This document shows, piece after piece, positions 61,586 to 64,000 of a DNA stretch of 64,000 nt. Within the stretch, counting starts at the first letter, position 1, and every line of letters begins with the position of its first letter. Made by a program: the position numbers and the translations under genes. Below the pieces are notes generated by a model that ran no database searches, was not told the DNA's origin, and worked only from the letters and a program-made list of their open reading frames with translations. Source of the stretch: Carcharhinus amblyrhynchos (lineage: Eukaryota); NCBI GenBank assembly GCA_965287045.1, contig OZ336876.1, positions 3,410,001 through 3,474,000 of the forward strand, given 5' to 3'.

Positions 61586-63719
61586 ATATTCCACCTGTTG
61601 CCCTATCACTTCTTGCAGCGATATCGGACGCATCTCTTTTTTTTTCTAGATGTTTCCTAATGCTTATTCTAATCTGTATTTCCATTTTCCATGCATTTGA
61701 GTCCAGAGCTTGATGGTTCCACTTCCTCCGTCGTGGAGATACGGCGCCCCGCCACTTGTATGATGGAAGTAGAGGGGACCGCGTCACAGCAGCGATATTC
61801 ACTCAAATGGATAAATACATTTTCATCTTAATGTAACAACACAACAAAATGTTTCCTTCTGCATCTGGGATCCAATAGCGTGCTGGCATTATTCTGAAAT
61901 CTGCATCAAAAATAATTTCCACAGCTAAGGAATAGTTTCGAAATCGATCGCTGGTTTCAACATAGATTTGGCTCTTCTGTTGCCTTGAACTGTCATTGTA
62001 TCATTCTGATAACGGGCAGTAAATGTGGGATGATCTACCTTTCTATGCCCCGACAGCTGATTGATTCTGAATTGGTCTGGTAGACGCTCATACTTAACAA
62101 ACAATGGACTTCTGGGGTCACTGTGTACCTTACCTGGCAGTGTGTTAAATTATTCCTTTTGGAAAAAAATCAAATTCAAATTAAATATTGCATCAACTCG
62201 TCTAGTTTTCTGTGAGCAGACTTAGCAATTCTCCCAATCATCACAACATGTTAAACACAGAGACTATTTGACACTTTGTGGCTTATTCGCAATCACACAC
62301 ATATAATTCGAAAAGCCTGGGGCATGATCCGGGAACATTTCCAATTGAAGCGAAACAGCTAACGTCGTGTTAATCGAATTAGTTATCTGGATCAAAAACA
62401 TATTATCTGTAAATGCAACTTTGAAACTTTGTGTTCATTTTGACAAAAAGCAAAGCACAGACAATTCTTTAACTAAGGTCCAACCTGGTATGAAATCTGC
62501 TAACCTTACCTTGTTTCGTATATATATAATTCCCAGGGATTCCGTTGAATCTGCTTGACAGTTACCAACTCTCTGAATCTGACTGGCAATCGGCAGGGCA
62601 CTCAATTCCAATGGAAGTCGGAAGGGGGACAACTGATGGCCTGGCTGGTAACGCTGATTTCCCGTGAATGGATTGCTAAATGTAAACACAGCTTTATTAT
62701 GTCTTACCGCGCTCAGTGTATTTTAATTTAATTGTCGGAATTGCAGATGGGGTTACTTTATGAACGCATTGTTCCACAGACATGTGGTGCAACAGCAAAT
62801 TGTGTTTTATGCCTGTGTACCTCTTTAGCCATTTATACACTCCCACAGCGAAACAAAGCTTAACCCTTGGGGATCTGACATTCTACTTCCCTCCAGAACT
62901 GGAAAGGCCACTGATAACCACAGCACTCGAAGCTATTTTTGGTGTCTACCTTTTTGGCCCCTAATCAGTTGCATATTTACTTCGACTTCTCCTTTCCTAC
63001 TTCTGTCTTTGTAAAATGTTTGATCTCATTTTTAATGACTGTCAGTTTATTCCCGCTCCAGGTCAATAATTAGGTATTTACTATTTGCATTGAACATGGC
63101 AGTGGCTGAAAAAAGTGAACACTTGTTGCAAATCTCTGGAGCGAAATGCTTGCTCGGCAGTTTCAGAAGAAGACAAGAGTCAAACGTACTTCTGGGTAAT
63201 TGAATTCAAAGATAGATTAGGCCTAGTTAGGGTGGCAAACCTCACTTGTGAAAGGTAAACTTTTTTTTCCCCTCTTTGCAACATTCGATGACGGATACAA
63301 TATACGCATTTTTAATGACGTCGAGAAGCAAAATTATTACTTGAATTTGAATTCTGACAGCTGGCGTGAATTGATTTGAACATCTGTTCATTTCCTGTTA
63401 GCCTGATCTGCTAGGTCACATCTCAATGACATTACCACTTTATCGCCAAATTGCCCTCTTGTCCCATTCTGCATTTCTGCATTCAATCCATCACCCTGTA
63501 TGGCTCACTCTCAACTGCCATCCAAGGGCAACTTCGAATGAGCAATAAATGCTGGACAGCAAGTGATACTCATTATCCACTAATGAATAATAAAAAAAGG
63601 CATTGCTGTCTGTTTTTCTATTAAATTATGAGTATGATATCCCTCACCAGATCCTGTTCATTTTGCAAATGCTTGCATCCCCATGGCAAGCGCATGAGTT
63701 AACATTTGGATGTCCAAAT

Positions 63720-64000
63720 AACTATAGAACAATAGAAACGTTACAGCACAGAAGGAGTACATTCGGCCCGTCTTGGCCATGCCTGCCCAAAGTCACATAG
63801 ACGCCCTTTCTAATCCCACCATCCTGCACTAGGTCTATAGCCTTGTGCCTCATAGCAATGATTTGCAGATTGGGGTACTTTTTAAGAGTTACGAACTCTG
63901 TCACCTCCACCAACTCGAGCAGCGATTTCTGGACACGCACTAGCAGTTGCATAAAATAATTGCTCCTCATACTCCCACCTTCTGTCATTTATCTTGCATC
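63720..64000 (-). mobile_element. CR1 3' end running off the window
   Basis: atagaacaatagaaacgttacagcacagaagg...ttcggccc reverse tail. Confidence 0.75.

Overview
AT-rich eukaryotic (cartilaginous fish, probably shark) genomic DNA, judged from HE1-type SINEs, HER1/CR1 LINEs and elasmobranch-type Penelope repeats, with four N gaps. The window holds two tandem minus-strand Ig-superfamily receptor genes of the Fc-receptor-like (FCRL/PECAM1/MILR1-like) type, assembled by hand from splice sites and phases. Gene A (57737->22469) gives a complete 14-coding-exon model of 654 aa: split signal peptide, five Ig domains, an uncharged TM segment and a six-exon cytoplasmic tail with two canonical ITIMs plus other Tyr motifs. 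Its Ig domain 2 lacks the B-strand Cys. Gene B (14942->left) has a split signal peptide and two Ig domains. It then either ends in a TM-less terminal exon (464-630) or continues beyond the window. Both genes have a 30-nt signal mini-exon. The rest is CR1/L2 LINE, SINE and Penelope-like fragments. Notable non-coding structures are two ~290-bp-arm intronic inverted duplications, a Penelope-derived hairpin with twin minimal hammerhead ribozyme motifs, another hammerhead-bearing Penelope insertion with a TSD, and a ~90-bp locally templated insertion inside a LINE. All gene models are manual predictions without transcript or database support.
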